From Geosiphon pyriformis uo1 (Eukaryota > Fungi > Glomeromycota), in contig JAAOMT010000198.1 of assembly GCA_016748015.1 (NCBI GenBank), forward strand, positions 108,797 to 172,796: a stretch of 64,000 nt of DNA. Reading direction: 5' to 3'. The translations under genes and the position numbers were made by a program. The notes beneath the pieces were generated by a model. That model was not told where the DNA came from. It did not search any database and saw only the letters and a list, made by a program, of their open reading frames with translations. Shown here one piece after another: positions 1 to 11,168 of this stretch (positions are counted from its first letter, which is position 1; every line of letters begins with the position of its first letter).

Positions 1-190
1 AATTCGCCATCAGATTGAAGCGATTGAACAAGGATACTACACTGATCCTCAGGTTTTAAATCAGTTTATTAGAGGATTAAAAAGCAGCATTTTAGGAAGA
101 GTACGCCCTGCCCACCCTAATTCCTTACCAGAAGCCGTTACACTCACCAGAGCCCTTGAATCGGCTGAGAAAGAAGCTAACCATAGTCAA

Positions 191-1453
191 ATGGTTAACA
201 TGGTAATAGAGGAAAATAAGACAGAAACATTAGAAAAAAGAGTAATGCGATTAGAGAAGGAACTCTCTAAGAAAATAGAAAGTTACCTCATCCCGGATCC
301 AAGAAAAAATACATACCAACCACCCCAAAGACGCAGCCAGGAAGTCAGTGACAGTCGAAATAATCACTCGTCGTGCCAGGAATTCAGAACAGAAACACGC
401 GCCTGCCATTTTTACAAACGCGTAGAACATTTGATTAGTCAATGTCGAACGCGAATGATGCAGGAAGCACGCGAAAATAATTACTATGCGCCACCCCAAA
501 TGCCCAGAAACCAGTACACACCAATATCACGCCAATATCTCACCACGTATCAAAATCAAGGAGCTTACCAGCAACAGCCTATGATAGCCAACCCGAATTG
601 GCGTCCCAAGGCCCGAAATCAGCCCATGTGGAACCAGAATGCGTTGGTCCAGAGGAATCTAAACCGTGCCGGAACCAATCAGCAAACCAATCCAAACTAC
701 CAAAATTATCAACAAACTTATCTTAATATACCGGAAAACCTGATCATCGGAAACAATGATGGTAAAAACATAAACAGAACCAAGAATTCCTCCAAATTGA
801 GCCAGACAATACCACCAGCAGTTGCCACCGAAGATAGCAGCCTTGCAGCTATTTTTCCTTTTGAATTAGAGGAAAACGAGGCTATGTTCAGTGGAGCAGC
901 ATTGGACGAAAAACGCCCAATCACTGCTATGTATACAGAAGCCACTGTAAACAATACTCCAATCAAACTTATCTTAGACAGCAGATCTGCTGGAAGCATC
1001 ATAACGCTTCAACTAGTAAACCAACTGGGTTTCAAAGTTGATCGTGCCGCGACGTCCCAAATCATAACAGCTGATGGAAGTACAAAGCTGCCTCATGACG
1101 AAATCGACTCATTCCCTTTCAAAATTAACGGCATAGTAATATCTACAAAAGTATTAGTAATGGACGCTACACAATATCAAGTATTAGTAGGGAATGACTG
1201 GCTAACAAAAGCCAACGCCACCCTAGACTGGACCACCCAAGAGCTTCTGATCAATTATAATGGCCACCAGGCCAAAATTCCAGCCATCTGTGGCCACTTC
1301 CAAAAACCCAGCGCCAACCAAAGACCTACCTTCGAATTTGAGGAAAATCCAGCACTACCAGCCATCGAAACCTATCAGCTCTCTTGGGCTGATGACCAAA
1401 GAACAAGACTACCAGCCGTACCAACATGGACCAGTAAAGAAAGATCCGAATAG
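191..1453 (+). pseudogene. gag: Gag C-terminal part (degenerate zinc knuckle) plus aspartic protease
   Basis: CHFYKRVEHLISQC (decayed CX2CX4HX4C), Q/N-rich linker, ILDSRSAGS (DSG), VLVGNDWL. The frame continues upstream of 191. Confidence 0.9.
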
Positions 1454-1489
1454 AACCAGATAAGTTCACGAAGAAACCACCAGCGACGC

Positions 1490-2110
1490 AGACCAAAGCT
1501 AAAATGCTCGGTTTGCAAGAAAAAACTCTCGTCTATGACTGCGTGCAGCACACCGGACGAAAACCCAAGAAACCCCACCCACTACTATTGTAACCGTTGT
1601 AACAAAAAAAAATATGGTTACCCAGAAAGACACGGAAAATGGGACGAGGAACCATGCCTCGCTTGTGGAGAACCGTTACCAAGAGGGTGCGACTGGAACA
1701 ACTTACCAGACAGAGGAGGAACGTGTGACGCAACTTGCCAATACACGATCCTTATCTGTGACTGGGTAAGAGGAGGAACGCCATTCAAAGCAGCGTTTAA
1801 CAGAGCGTTAAAAAGACTACAGCACTACCCACACAACAAGGACGAGTTGTATAACACCACACAAGCCAAAGTAAGAGGAGGAACCGCCAAAGAAATATGA
1901 CGTTGGAAAGAGTCAGCCAAAGTAGCCGACGAAGTCGCCAGCTACAACATGTTCGACCCAGTGGACGAATTCCAGGACTACTACCAACAACTATGCCCCA
2001 TTCGACAAGAGCAAGAACAATACCTCGCCCAAATCAACACTTATCTCTGCAAAAACTATCTCATCCTATGCCAAAATCAGTGCTGTGAAGAGTGTCAAGA
2101 CGAAAGGGAC
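1490..2110 (+). pseudogene. Cys-rich domain of unknown function inside the polyprotein
   Basis: CSVC, CNRC, CLAC, CDATC, HYPH, CCEEC, in the same frame as gag and RT. Homologues are present in C, D and F. Confidence 0.75.
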
Positions 2111-2239
2111 TTAGAAAGAAAAATGGAAATTGAGAATCAGCAGTCTCAAAATCAATCAATAAATCAACAAGACTCACCTGACGGTCCCAAGTCAGAAAAA
2201 TTTGTAGCCTATACCGACATAGAACAGGTGACCGACATC

Positions 2240-2660
2240 CGATACTTCGACAACGGGCACTTAGAAATAATACCCGAAAGAGCCCATCCAACCGACGCCG
2301 GATTCAATCTACGTTATCCAGAAGACCAATCCACAACGTTACCACCCAGGAGCATCACCAAAATCGACCTAAAAATAGCGGTTGAAATTCCGCCAGGAAT
2401 AATAGTTCAAATGGCGTCGCGATCAAGCCTCGCGAAAAAAGGAATAAGCGTTCAAGGAGGAGTAATTGACTCCGGATACACTGGAAATTTGATGGTTTTG
2501 CTACAGAACAATTCAGAAAAGCCTTATACTATTGAATCTAAGGAAAAGATTGCACAAGCAATTTTCCTACCATTGGTAAAAATTGGGAAATTTGTGCCAG
2601 TGAAAAATCGTGAGGAATTGTCATAAACAACGAAAGGAACTTTTGGTTTCGGATCGACAG
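2240..2660 (+). pseudogene. dut: dUTPase domain of Pol
   Basis: Motifs DAGFNL, SRSSLA, GVIDSGYTG, KIAQ, and GTFGFGST just after a nonsense codon at 2624-2626. Confidence 0.93.
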
Positions 2661-3082
2661 AAAAAGGAATTGAAGCGAATTTTGCTAAAACAATAGAGGA
2701 AAAAGGCGAAGTAATTAAAAATGAGTGGTCCATCACACTCCTACCATATGGAAAATCAGAAATAAGAATAAAAAGGACAATTAAAGAAAAAGACCTAATA
2801 TTTGAGCCCTACCCAGAAACTTGCCAACAGTTTCTCATAGGACTTACTAATCTTTTTATTCCAGCTGATAAAGCTCAATGGATAAAAATTCCTATCGCAA
2901 ACACCACAGAAGAACCCATCTACATTCCAGAAGATACCATCATTGGATACCTCGGAACGGAGCTAGAAAACGCGTCAACACCACAAAAAATTCTAAATTT
3001 CTCAGAAATCGCCCTCTACTGTGAACTCACTTCAATAAATTGGCAACAACTGGTAGAATGCTATCAATTTACGCCAGAAGAA

Positions 3083-4495
3083 TTGGTCAAATTAAACATT
3101 GGAACAATGGATTTTAACCAACAGCGACAATTAAAAGCATTAATTTTAAAATACTCTGATATATTTTCAAAAAATGGCGAATTTGGAAGAACTAACTTGG
3201 TTCAACACCAAATCCCCACTGGAGACGCCAGACCTGAAAAACAACGCGCTTACCGTGTCCCACCAATGGAGCATAATTTTATCAGAGAAGAAGTCCAAAG
3301 CATGTTGGAAAAAGGAATAATACAACCATCAATGAGCCCATGGTCCTCACCAGTTGTTTTAGTAAGGAAAAAGAACAGAAAAATTAGATTTTGCGTCAAC
3401 TATCGCAAACTAAACAGCAAAACAACCAAAGACTCATACCCAATACCATTAATTGACAAAATCTTCGACATTTTTGGAGGAGCAAAATGGTTTTCTACAC
3501 TGGACTTGACCAGTGGGTACTGGCAAGTGGAAATGGACCCAAAAGACAGGCATAAAACAGCATTCACAATACAAAATGGCAATTATAAGTTCAATGTAAT
3601 ACCATTTGGATTAACAAACGCTCTCATGACATTCCAAAGACTAATGGACGTAATTTACTCCGGAATCCTGTGGCAATCCGTTGTTGTCTACTTGGATGAT
3701 ACAAATGTTTTCTCGTCAAAATTCATGGATCATCTCCAACATTTATAACAAGTTTTTGAGAGATTGAGACACGCTGGACTTAAACTAAATCTAGAAAAAT
3801 GTTTCTTTAAGAAAAATGAGCTAGCATTTTTAGGACATGTAGTTGGAAAAGATGGAATAAAACCAGATCCATCAAAAATAGACAAAGTGAAAAATTTTCC
3901 AGTACCTCGAAACGTTTCAGAAGTTAGAAGCTTTTTAGAACTCGCATCTTACTACCGCCACTTTGTAGAAAACTTTTCAAACATCGCCAAACCCCTTAAT
4001 TACCTACTATCTAAAAATGTGAAGTTTGAATGGACTGAAGCACAACAAAAAGCTTTTGAGTACCTTAGACAAAAGCTCATTGAATCACCAATAATGATCT
4101 ATTCGAATTTCAACAAGAAATTCATTTTGGCCACAGATGCCTCTGGAACTGGATTTGGAGCCATTCTGTCACAAAAAGATGATAATGGAAGAGAACGTGT
4201 AATCGCTTATGCCAGCAGAAGTCTCAGTACGGCAGAACAAAACTACACAGCACATAAACTTAAATGTTTAGCAGTAGTCTGGAGTTGTGTTCACTTTGAC
4301 ACATATTTACAGTACCAATCCTTTGAGATTACGACAGATCATAGAGGTCTGGTCTGGTTAAATAACAAGAAAGTGCTAAAAAAAAAATATGCCAGATGGT
4401 CACAAACGTTAGCACCATACGATTATATTATCAAATACAAAGAAGATACCAAAAATGCTAATGCTGACTGTTTGTCAAGAATGAGACACACATAA
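3083..4495 (+). pseudogene. pol: Reverse transcriptase plus RNase H
   Basis: SPWSSPVVLV, LDLTSGYWQ, PFGL, YLDD, LATDAS, TDHRGL, NADCLSR. One internal stop at 3746-3748. Confidence 0.96.
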
Positions 4496-4524
4496 AAATC
4501 ACCAACCCACCCACCACAACAACA

Positions 4525-5719
4525 ATGAACAACCACCTTTACAAAAACCTCAGCCAATACTTGGAAACATTACAAATAGACGAAGAAATGCCAGTAAAAG
4601 AGCTAATTAAGCTCCAAAAATTAGCAAAACACTATTTCATCCAAAATCACATACTTTATTACCGGAATCGACAAAATCCAGATAATCTATTAAGAGTTAT
4701 AACCACAGATGAAAAAGAAACTATCTTATTTAACATGCACTCAGATATTCATTCAGGCCACTTTAGAAAAACAGCAACCATCCAACGTACAACTAGCCAT
4801 TACTATTGGCCAAAAATGAGTTCAGACATAATCCAATACATAAGAAATTGTGACCCATGTCAACAAAGAGGAGGAGCAAAAACAACAGAATTATTAAGAC
4901 CAATAAAAGTTGGACAGCCATTTGACAGAATCGGAATTGATTTAGTTGGACCTTTACCAATAACAACAAAAAACAACCGTTATATTGCAGTAGCCATGGA
5001 CTATCTTACCAAATGGCCAGAAGCTAGAGCTATTAAAACAGCTGATGCTATTTCCGTAGCTCAATTCGTACATGAAGACTTAATTTGCCAACATGGATGT
5101 CCACAAAAATTGCTATCAGATCAAGGCACACACTTCGTAAACAGCACCTTAAAAGAACTTAGCCAAAAATTTGGAATCAAGCGACCACTGTTATCACTAT
5201 ACCACCCTCAAACAAATGGATTAGTTGAAAGATTTAATTGCACATTATGCGAATTACTGGCGAAAATTAGTAACGAACATGAAAAAGAATAAGATTTGTT
5301 CATACCAGCAGTACTACTAGCATATAGAACAGTAAAACAAGATACTACACAATTCACACCGTTTGAACTAGTTTATGGAAGAAAAGCCACATTACTCATT
5401 GAACTTACTATCCCAACTTATCCAAGTGACACTATCACGGAAGCAACATTCCAGGAAACACTACTTAGAAGAACATACGAATTAATGGGAACTTTAGAAA
5501 ACAAAAGAAGAAAAGCAGCACAAAATATTGAACAATCACAAGAACAACAAAAAGTGAGACATGATAACCAGTTACTAGATAATATAATTAGCTACAAAAT
5601 TGGAGATAAAGTATTGTTGCATCGTACAAAAATGGAAAAACAGTGGAGTGGAAAATTTGATCACAAGTGGGATGGACCATTTTATATTCACAAAATACTT
5701 GGAAATGGAGCATACAAGC
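4525..5719 (+). pseudogene. int: Integrase, separate ORF (end lost in assembly gap)
   Basis: HHCC (MHSDIHSGH...CDPC), GIDLVGP, SDQG, NGLVERFN and GPF module. Own ATG in a different frame from RNase H. Confidence 0.93.
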
Positions 5720-6097
5720 NNNNNNNNNNNNNNNNNNNNTGGAAGAATAATCCTTGATCAAGATTATTCACGTTGTTACTAATTGATAAAAGCTTTATTG
5801 TGAAAATTAGAAAAGCACTAAAGACCATTAACATTTTGTGTTTCTAGATTAGAGAAACACATCAGGCAATTGCAAGGATAGCCTCAAAGAAGACCCCAGA
5901 CAGTGGGTAGATTTCAGTTCAGCCTCTGAGAAGGAGTACATAAACACACACAACAATCAAGAATTAAAGAATAACTTACATCACAACAGTAAAAAGAAAG
6001 CCTTCAGTGTAACAGTGACATTATCACACAAATAGAATTGAGGAACTCACGAAAGACTGATTGCAATTAAAGCGGGANNNNNNNNNNNNNNNNNNNN
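5720..6097. other. Two 20-N assembly gaps enclosing a misplaced LTR fragment
   Basis: N runs at 5720-5739 and 6078-6097. Segment 5740-6077 is nearly identical to 7090-7427. Confidence 0.85.
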
Positions 6098-6586
6098 TAT
6101 AACAACAAATTTATTAGCAAAGTTATTGAAAAATTAGAGATAGCATTGGGCAATACATTAATAATGGAATAAATAGAAATAAGTGAATTAACACCAGACA
6201 CATTTAGCAACTTGAAAACAAAATTTCCAATTAATTACTGTTATTATCAACTAGGAAAGCACTTGAACATACAAACATTATATTCAAAAGACTCAACTAG
6301 AGTGTTTGACAAAACAACTATCTAACTATTAGAACCTTTCATTGGAAAAACCAACACTACATTCCATTCAAAAACAGTTTACAGAATTTTCAAAGCATTT
6401 GAAAACTGTCACAAATTATTGTTGGACCCAACCATGAACATAATAACAACCAACAGTATTGGACGACTTATCAACTCGCAATTTCAAGAATTACAACAAC
6501 AAATTAATAACACAGTATTGAACCACTATAGTAACTTAGAATTTAATGAAGAAATTAACTTCGATTTCGATGGAGCTCAATCTTGA
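6098..6586 (+). pseudogene. C-terminal part of post-integrase ORF3, family A
   Basis: Manual translation FPINYCYYQLGKHL...KTVYRIFKAF...NSIGRLINSQFQELQ...FDGAQS* aligns with the ORF3 of C, D and F. Confidence 0.75.
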
Positions 6587-6599
6587 AAGGAGGGGATAA

Positions 6600-7467
6600 T
6601 GTTATGGTTTAAGAATTTAGCAAAAAAGAATCATAAAAATAATACAAACTATTTAATCATAATATAGCACAGTAATAATCTTAAAAAGGTAATGATTAAC
6701 ATAGTAGCAAACACCATCTCGCGATAGTGGTAAGCACCAGTTCACAATAGCAGCCAACACCAACTGGTGATAGCAGCAAACACCAGGTTGAAATATCAAA
6801 AAGAAAGTATTTTCTCGTAGAACTACAAACATGTATATATACAGTAGTTTTAATATTGGGAAATAATCAATCAAGTAATAAAAATCATAACTTATCAAGT
6901 AACAGATCCAATTTTATCTGACAAACTCCACTTTAAATCATACTTTCAAATTAAATATCCCAAGAAACCTTTAAAAATCAAAAAGAAATGAAAAAGAATA
7001 TTTAAAACGGAATTATCACAACCCAAAGTATTAAGAAACTTACTTGTATTATTTATTGAATGAAACTATCATTCATCAACTGAATCCCTTGGAAGAATAA
7101 TCCTTGATCAAGATTATTCACGTTGTTACTAATTGATAAAAGCTTTATTGTGAAAATTAGAAAAGCACTAAAGACCATTAACATTTTGTGTTTCTAGATT
7201 AGAGAAACACATCAGGCAATTGCAAGGATAGCCTCAAAGACGACCCCAGACAGTGGGTAGATTTCAGTTCAGCCTCTGAGAAGGAGTACATAAATACACA
7301 CAACAATCAAGAATTAAAGAATAACTTACATCACAACAGTAAAAAGAAAGCCTTCAGTGTAACAGTGACATTATCACACAAATAGAATTGAGGAACTCAC
7401 GAAAGACTGATTGCAATTAAAGCGGGATATCAGCAATTAAATATAACAAGAAAACCATCCCGTAACA
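6600..7467 (+). repeat. 3' LTR of element A
   Basis: TGTTA...TAACA following the PPT. 4x23-bp array at 6701-6792. TATA-like box near 6835. Homologous to 8996-9813. Confidence 0.92.
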
Positions 7468-7793
7468 ACTGTCAATAATTAATAACTGCTGGTATAATTC
7501 TATGCCTCACATCAGCACTCTTAGAATTCAATATCAGGTATCAACTTGTACTCTTTAGTCATATTTATTCAAATAATCTTCAAATACTGCAATTACACAT
7601 TTCAGGAAAGTGCCAACAAGTAATTTTTTATCCAAAAGATGTTCAGATACTTAAAGATAGAAAAAGGGAAATTAGCAATAAGAGAATGTTTTGAAATGGA
7701 AGTTTGTTATTTTATTTCTTTGATTGTCTTGATTCCTTATATTGATATTTTTCTATAGCTAAGAGACTCATTACTTATATATCTATTGAAAGT

Positions 7794-7865
7794 GGTCAAT
7801 GACCAGATTAATGATTAGGTCAATGATCAGGTCAATGGTCAGGTCATTGATCAGGTTAATGATCA
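7794..7865. repeat. 6 x 12-bp tandem repeat (consensus GGTCAATGATCA)
   Basis: Six contiguous units read directly from the sequence. Confidence 0.85.
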
Positions 7866-8019
7866 CTATTTAAAAATAGGGTGGCTAATTATATGACATC
7901 AGTGGCTAATATATGTAATAACTAATAAAAACTATGAGTTTCAACCATAACATTATTAATAAATTAATATAATTTTATGGTTTATTTAATATTTTCAAAA
8001 TTTAATAACAAATATTATT

Positions 8020-9813
8020 TGAAAACCATAAAGAAGAGTCTGAATCAGAATCTAAAGAAACCAGTAAAAAAACAAGCATAAAACCAGTTACTAGAATAAG
8101 CAGCCAGTCCAAAAACCAAGAAACTCGTAATTAAGAGGAAGAATTAATACATACCAACTACCTTAGAAACACAACCAGGAATTCAGCAGCAGCCAAAATA
8201 ATTGCTCGTTGCGTCAAGACTTTAGAACAGAAACACATGTCTGCCATTTTTACAAATGCATAGGACATTTGATTGGCCAATGTCAAATGCAAATGATGCA
8301 AGAGACATGCAAAAATAATTATTATGTGCTCTTTTCTCCAAATGCTCAGAAATCAATACACACTAATACCATGTCAATACCCCACTATGTACCAAAATCA
8401 AGAAACTTATTAGCAATGACCAATGATTTCAAATCCAAACTAGTGTCCAGAGTTTTAAAGCCAGCCAGTATTAAGTCAAAACACAATTATTACTAGAAAT
8501 CCTAATTGCATAGGACCTAATTAGCAAATAAATGCAAACTACCCAAATTTTCAGCCAACTTATCTTAATATATCGGAAAACTTAAATCTTGGAAATATTA
8601 ATGGTAATGTATCTGGAACTGAAAATATTACCAATGTTGACTGTTTGTCAAGAATGAGACACATGTAAAAATCATGAACTTACCCATCAATTAGAGTATT
8701 TGATAAAGCAACAATCTAACAATTAGAAAGTTTTATTGGAAAAACCAACAGTATATTCAATTCAAAAAGCAGTTTATGAAATTTTCAAAGCATTTGAAAA
8801 ATTATCACAAAGTATTACTAGATCTAACTATGAACATAATAACAACCAACAGTATTAGATAACTTACCAACTCACAATTTCAAGAATTACAACAACAAGT
8901 TAATAATACAGTATTGGATTATTATAACAACTTAGAATTCAATAAAGAAATTAACTTCGATTTTGACAGAACTTAATCTTAAAAGGAGAGGATAATGTTA
9001 TAATTCAAGAATTTAATAGGAATTATAAATAATATAAATTAGCCAATCATGAAATAGCACAGCAACAATTTATAAAAAGAAATGATTTACAAATAACAGC
9101 AAGCACTATTTTACAATAGCAGCAAGCACTATCATACAAAAGCAGCAAGCATTATTTCACAATAGCAGCAAACACTATTTAAAAATAATGAAAATAGAAT
9201 ATTACAAAACATTATTTTGTAAAACAATAATTATATATATATATAATAGTTTTTAATGATGAAAAAAAACAGCTTCAACTAAAAGCAACAAATATCTAAA
9301 TAAAATCTTATTCAAAAAAAAGAATTAATAAAAATAATAAATTGAATGAACATCACAATTACAAAATTAACAATAAAATTCACATACTTTTTCTAGCAAA
9401 TGAAACTATTATTCCATCTTTGAACCCTTTGGAAGAATAATTTCTGATCAAGATTATTCATGTGGTTACTAATTAAATTGAAAAAACTTTATTATATACT
9501 TAGGGAAATTGTGAAAAAACCATTAACATTCCATGTTTCTAGATTAGAGAAACACATCAGACAATTGCAAAGATAGTCTCAGAAAAGACCCCAGACAGCG
9601 GGTAGATTTCAAATTAGCCTCTGGGAAAGAGTACACAACATACAAAGACAACTAGAATTAAAGAAAAGACTTATATCACAACATTAAGAGAAAATCTTTA
9701 GTATATTATTATTAATATCCAATACATAAAAATTGAAGAATTCACGAGAGACTGATTGCAATTAAAATGGGAAATCAACAATTAAAATATACCAAAAAAA
9801 CACTTCCATAATA
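8020..9813 (+). mobile_element. Internally deleted A-family copy (B)
   Basis: Gag fragments fused to the RNase H end (~8631-8668), then the ORF3 tail, PPT and LTR 8996-9813 (TGTTA...TAATA). Left boundary approximate. Confidence 0.85.
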
Positions 9814-10756
9814 CTGACAATGATCAAAACAAACTAACAACAACTTGGGAGTGGAAAGAAGATAACAATAAAGGAAAAGAAAAAGAGAAGAAAAATTTAA
9901 CACCAACTACCACTTATAGTCTATATGCTTACTTTTCACTACAGCCATCCAACTATCATTGACCAAAATTAGTATGCATAGATTGCAGCAAGAAATTGTC
10001 ATCAATGGGCATATGTTGTAGCAACAACGAGGAATACTCCACAGCAACAAAGTTTTATTGTTGCCCATGTATTATAGAATAGTTTAAACACCCAAAAAGA
10101 CAAGGAAAATAGGATAATGAATTCTGTTTCATATGTAGAACTATTTTGCCCAATAAAAGAATATGGAATGACATTCTTGGGCAAGAAGAAACATGCAATG
10201 AGACATGCCAGTATACCATTCTGATAAATGACTGGATATGCAAAGGAACTCCAATCAACAATGCCTGAAAAAGAGCATTGTGATGATTGAAAGGATATCC
10301 TTACAATAAACATGAAATCTGGAGAATGGCAAGTGCAAAAGCAGAAAATACCATTACCAATAAGTTATTAAAAATTAAGAATAACCTCTTTTTATTGCCT
10401 GAACCTGAATACATCCCTACTTTCAATGTTTTTGACAACATTGCTTAATTCCCTATAACTTTCAATATTGTAATGAGTGTGATCTCATTTACAATCCACT
10501 AATCTACATAATCTACACAATTCCAGAGAAAAATGAACCAATCAACAACTGTGCATCAAAATCAGAATCAATTTTCAATTCTGATTCAAACCTTAATAAT
10601 AATGACAATGAAAACAATAATTCCAGCTTTACTCAAAATGGCAACAAAAATAACAATAATTCAGACTCTGATTTAAACTCCAAAACATTTATTGCACTTC
10701 CTAATCTTACTAAAAAGCAGGAACTTAAATGGTTCAGTGATAATAATGAAAGTATT

Positions 10757-11160
10757 ATGCCAGAATGCATGCATGATACTGATGCAGGATTTGATCTGAG
10801 ATATCTGGAAAAAAATCCCATCAAATTGGAACCCCATTTATGCACCTGCATTGATCTCAAAATAGCATTGGAAATTCTAACAACAACAATGGTTCAGTTA
10901 GCATCTAGGAATAGTTTAACCAAAAAGAGAATCAACATCAGGAAAGGAATAATTGATGCAGAATATGTAGAAAATATTATTGTTATGCTACAAAATAATT
11001 CAGAAAAAGCATATATTATAGATCCAAATAAAAAGATAGCACAAATAATATTCCTATCTTTGATAAAAATAGCTCAGTTAGTATTAGTGAGAAACAGGGA
11101 AGAATTAGAGATTACAGCAAAAGGGATACAGAGATTTGGATCAACAAGTAAAATAGATGT
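10757..11160 (+). pseudogene. dut: dUTPase of element C
   Basis: DAGFDL, SRNSL, GIIDAEY, KIAQ, RFGST. Confidence 0.9.
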
Positions 11161-11168
11161 TGTTATAG

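Larger units (their letters stand above)
1..7467 (+). mobile_element. Ty3/Gypsy LTR retrotransposon, family A (5' LTR outside window)
   Basis: Domain order gag-PR-dUTPase-RT-RNaseH-IN. PPT gaaaggagggga at 6585-6596. LTR TGTTA...TAACA at 6600-7467. Confidence 0.95.

Noticed and set aside
5740-6077. Apparent LTR piece inserted in the integrase of A
   Set aside because: Bounded by two fixed 20-N gaps, has no LTR termini and nearly duplicates 7090-7427. It is most likely a scaffolding artefact.
6701-6792. Repeat arrays as CRISPR-like loci
   Set aside because: The units are contiguous with no unique spacers, there are no cas genes, and they lie inside LTRs.
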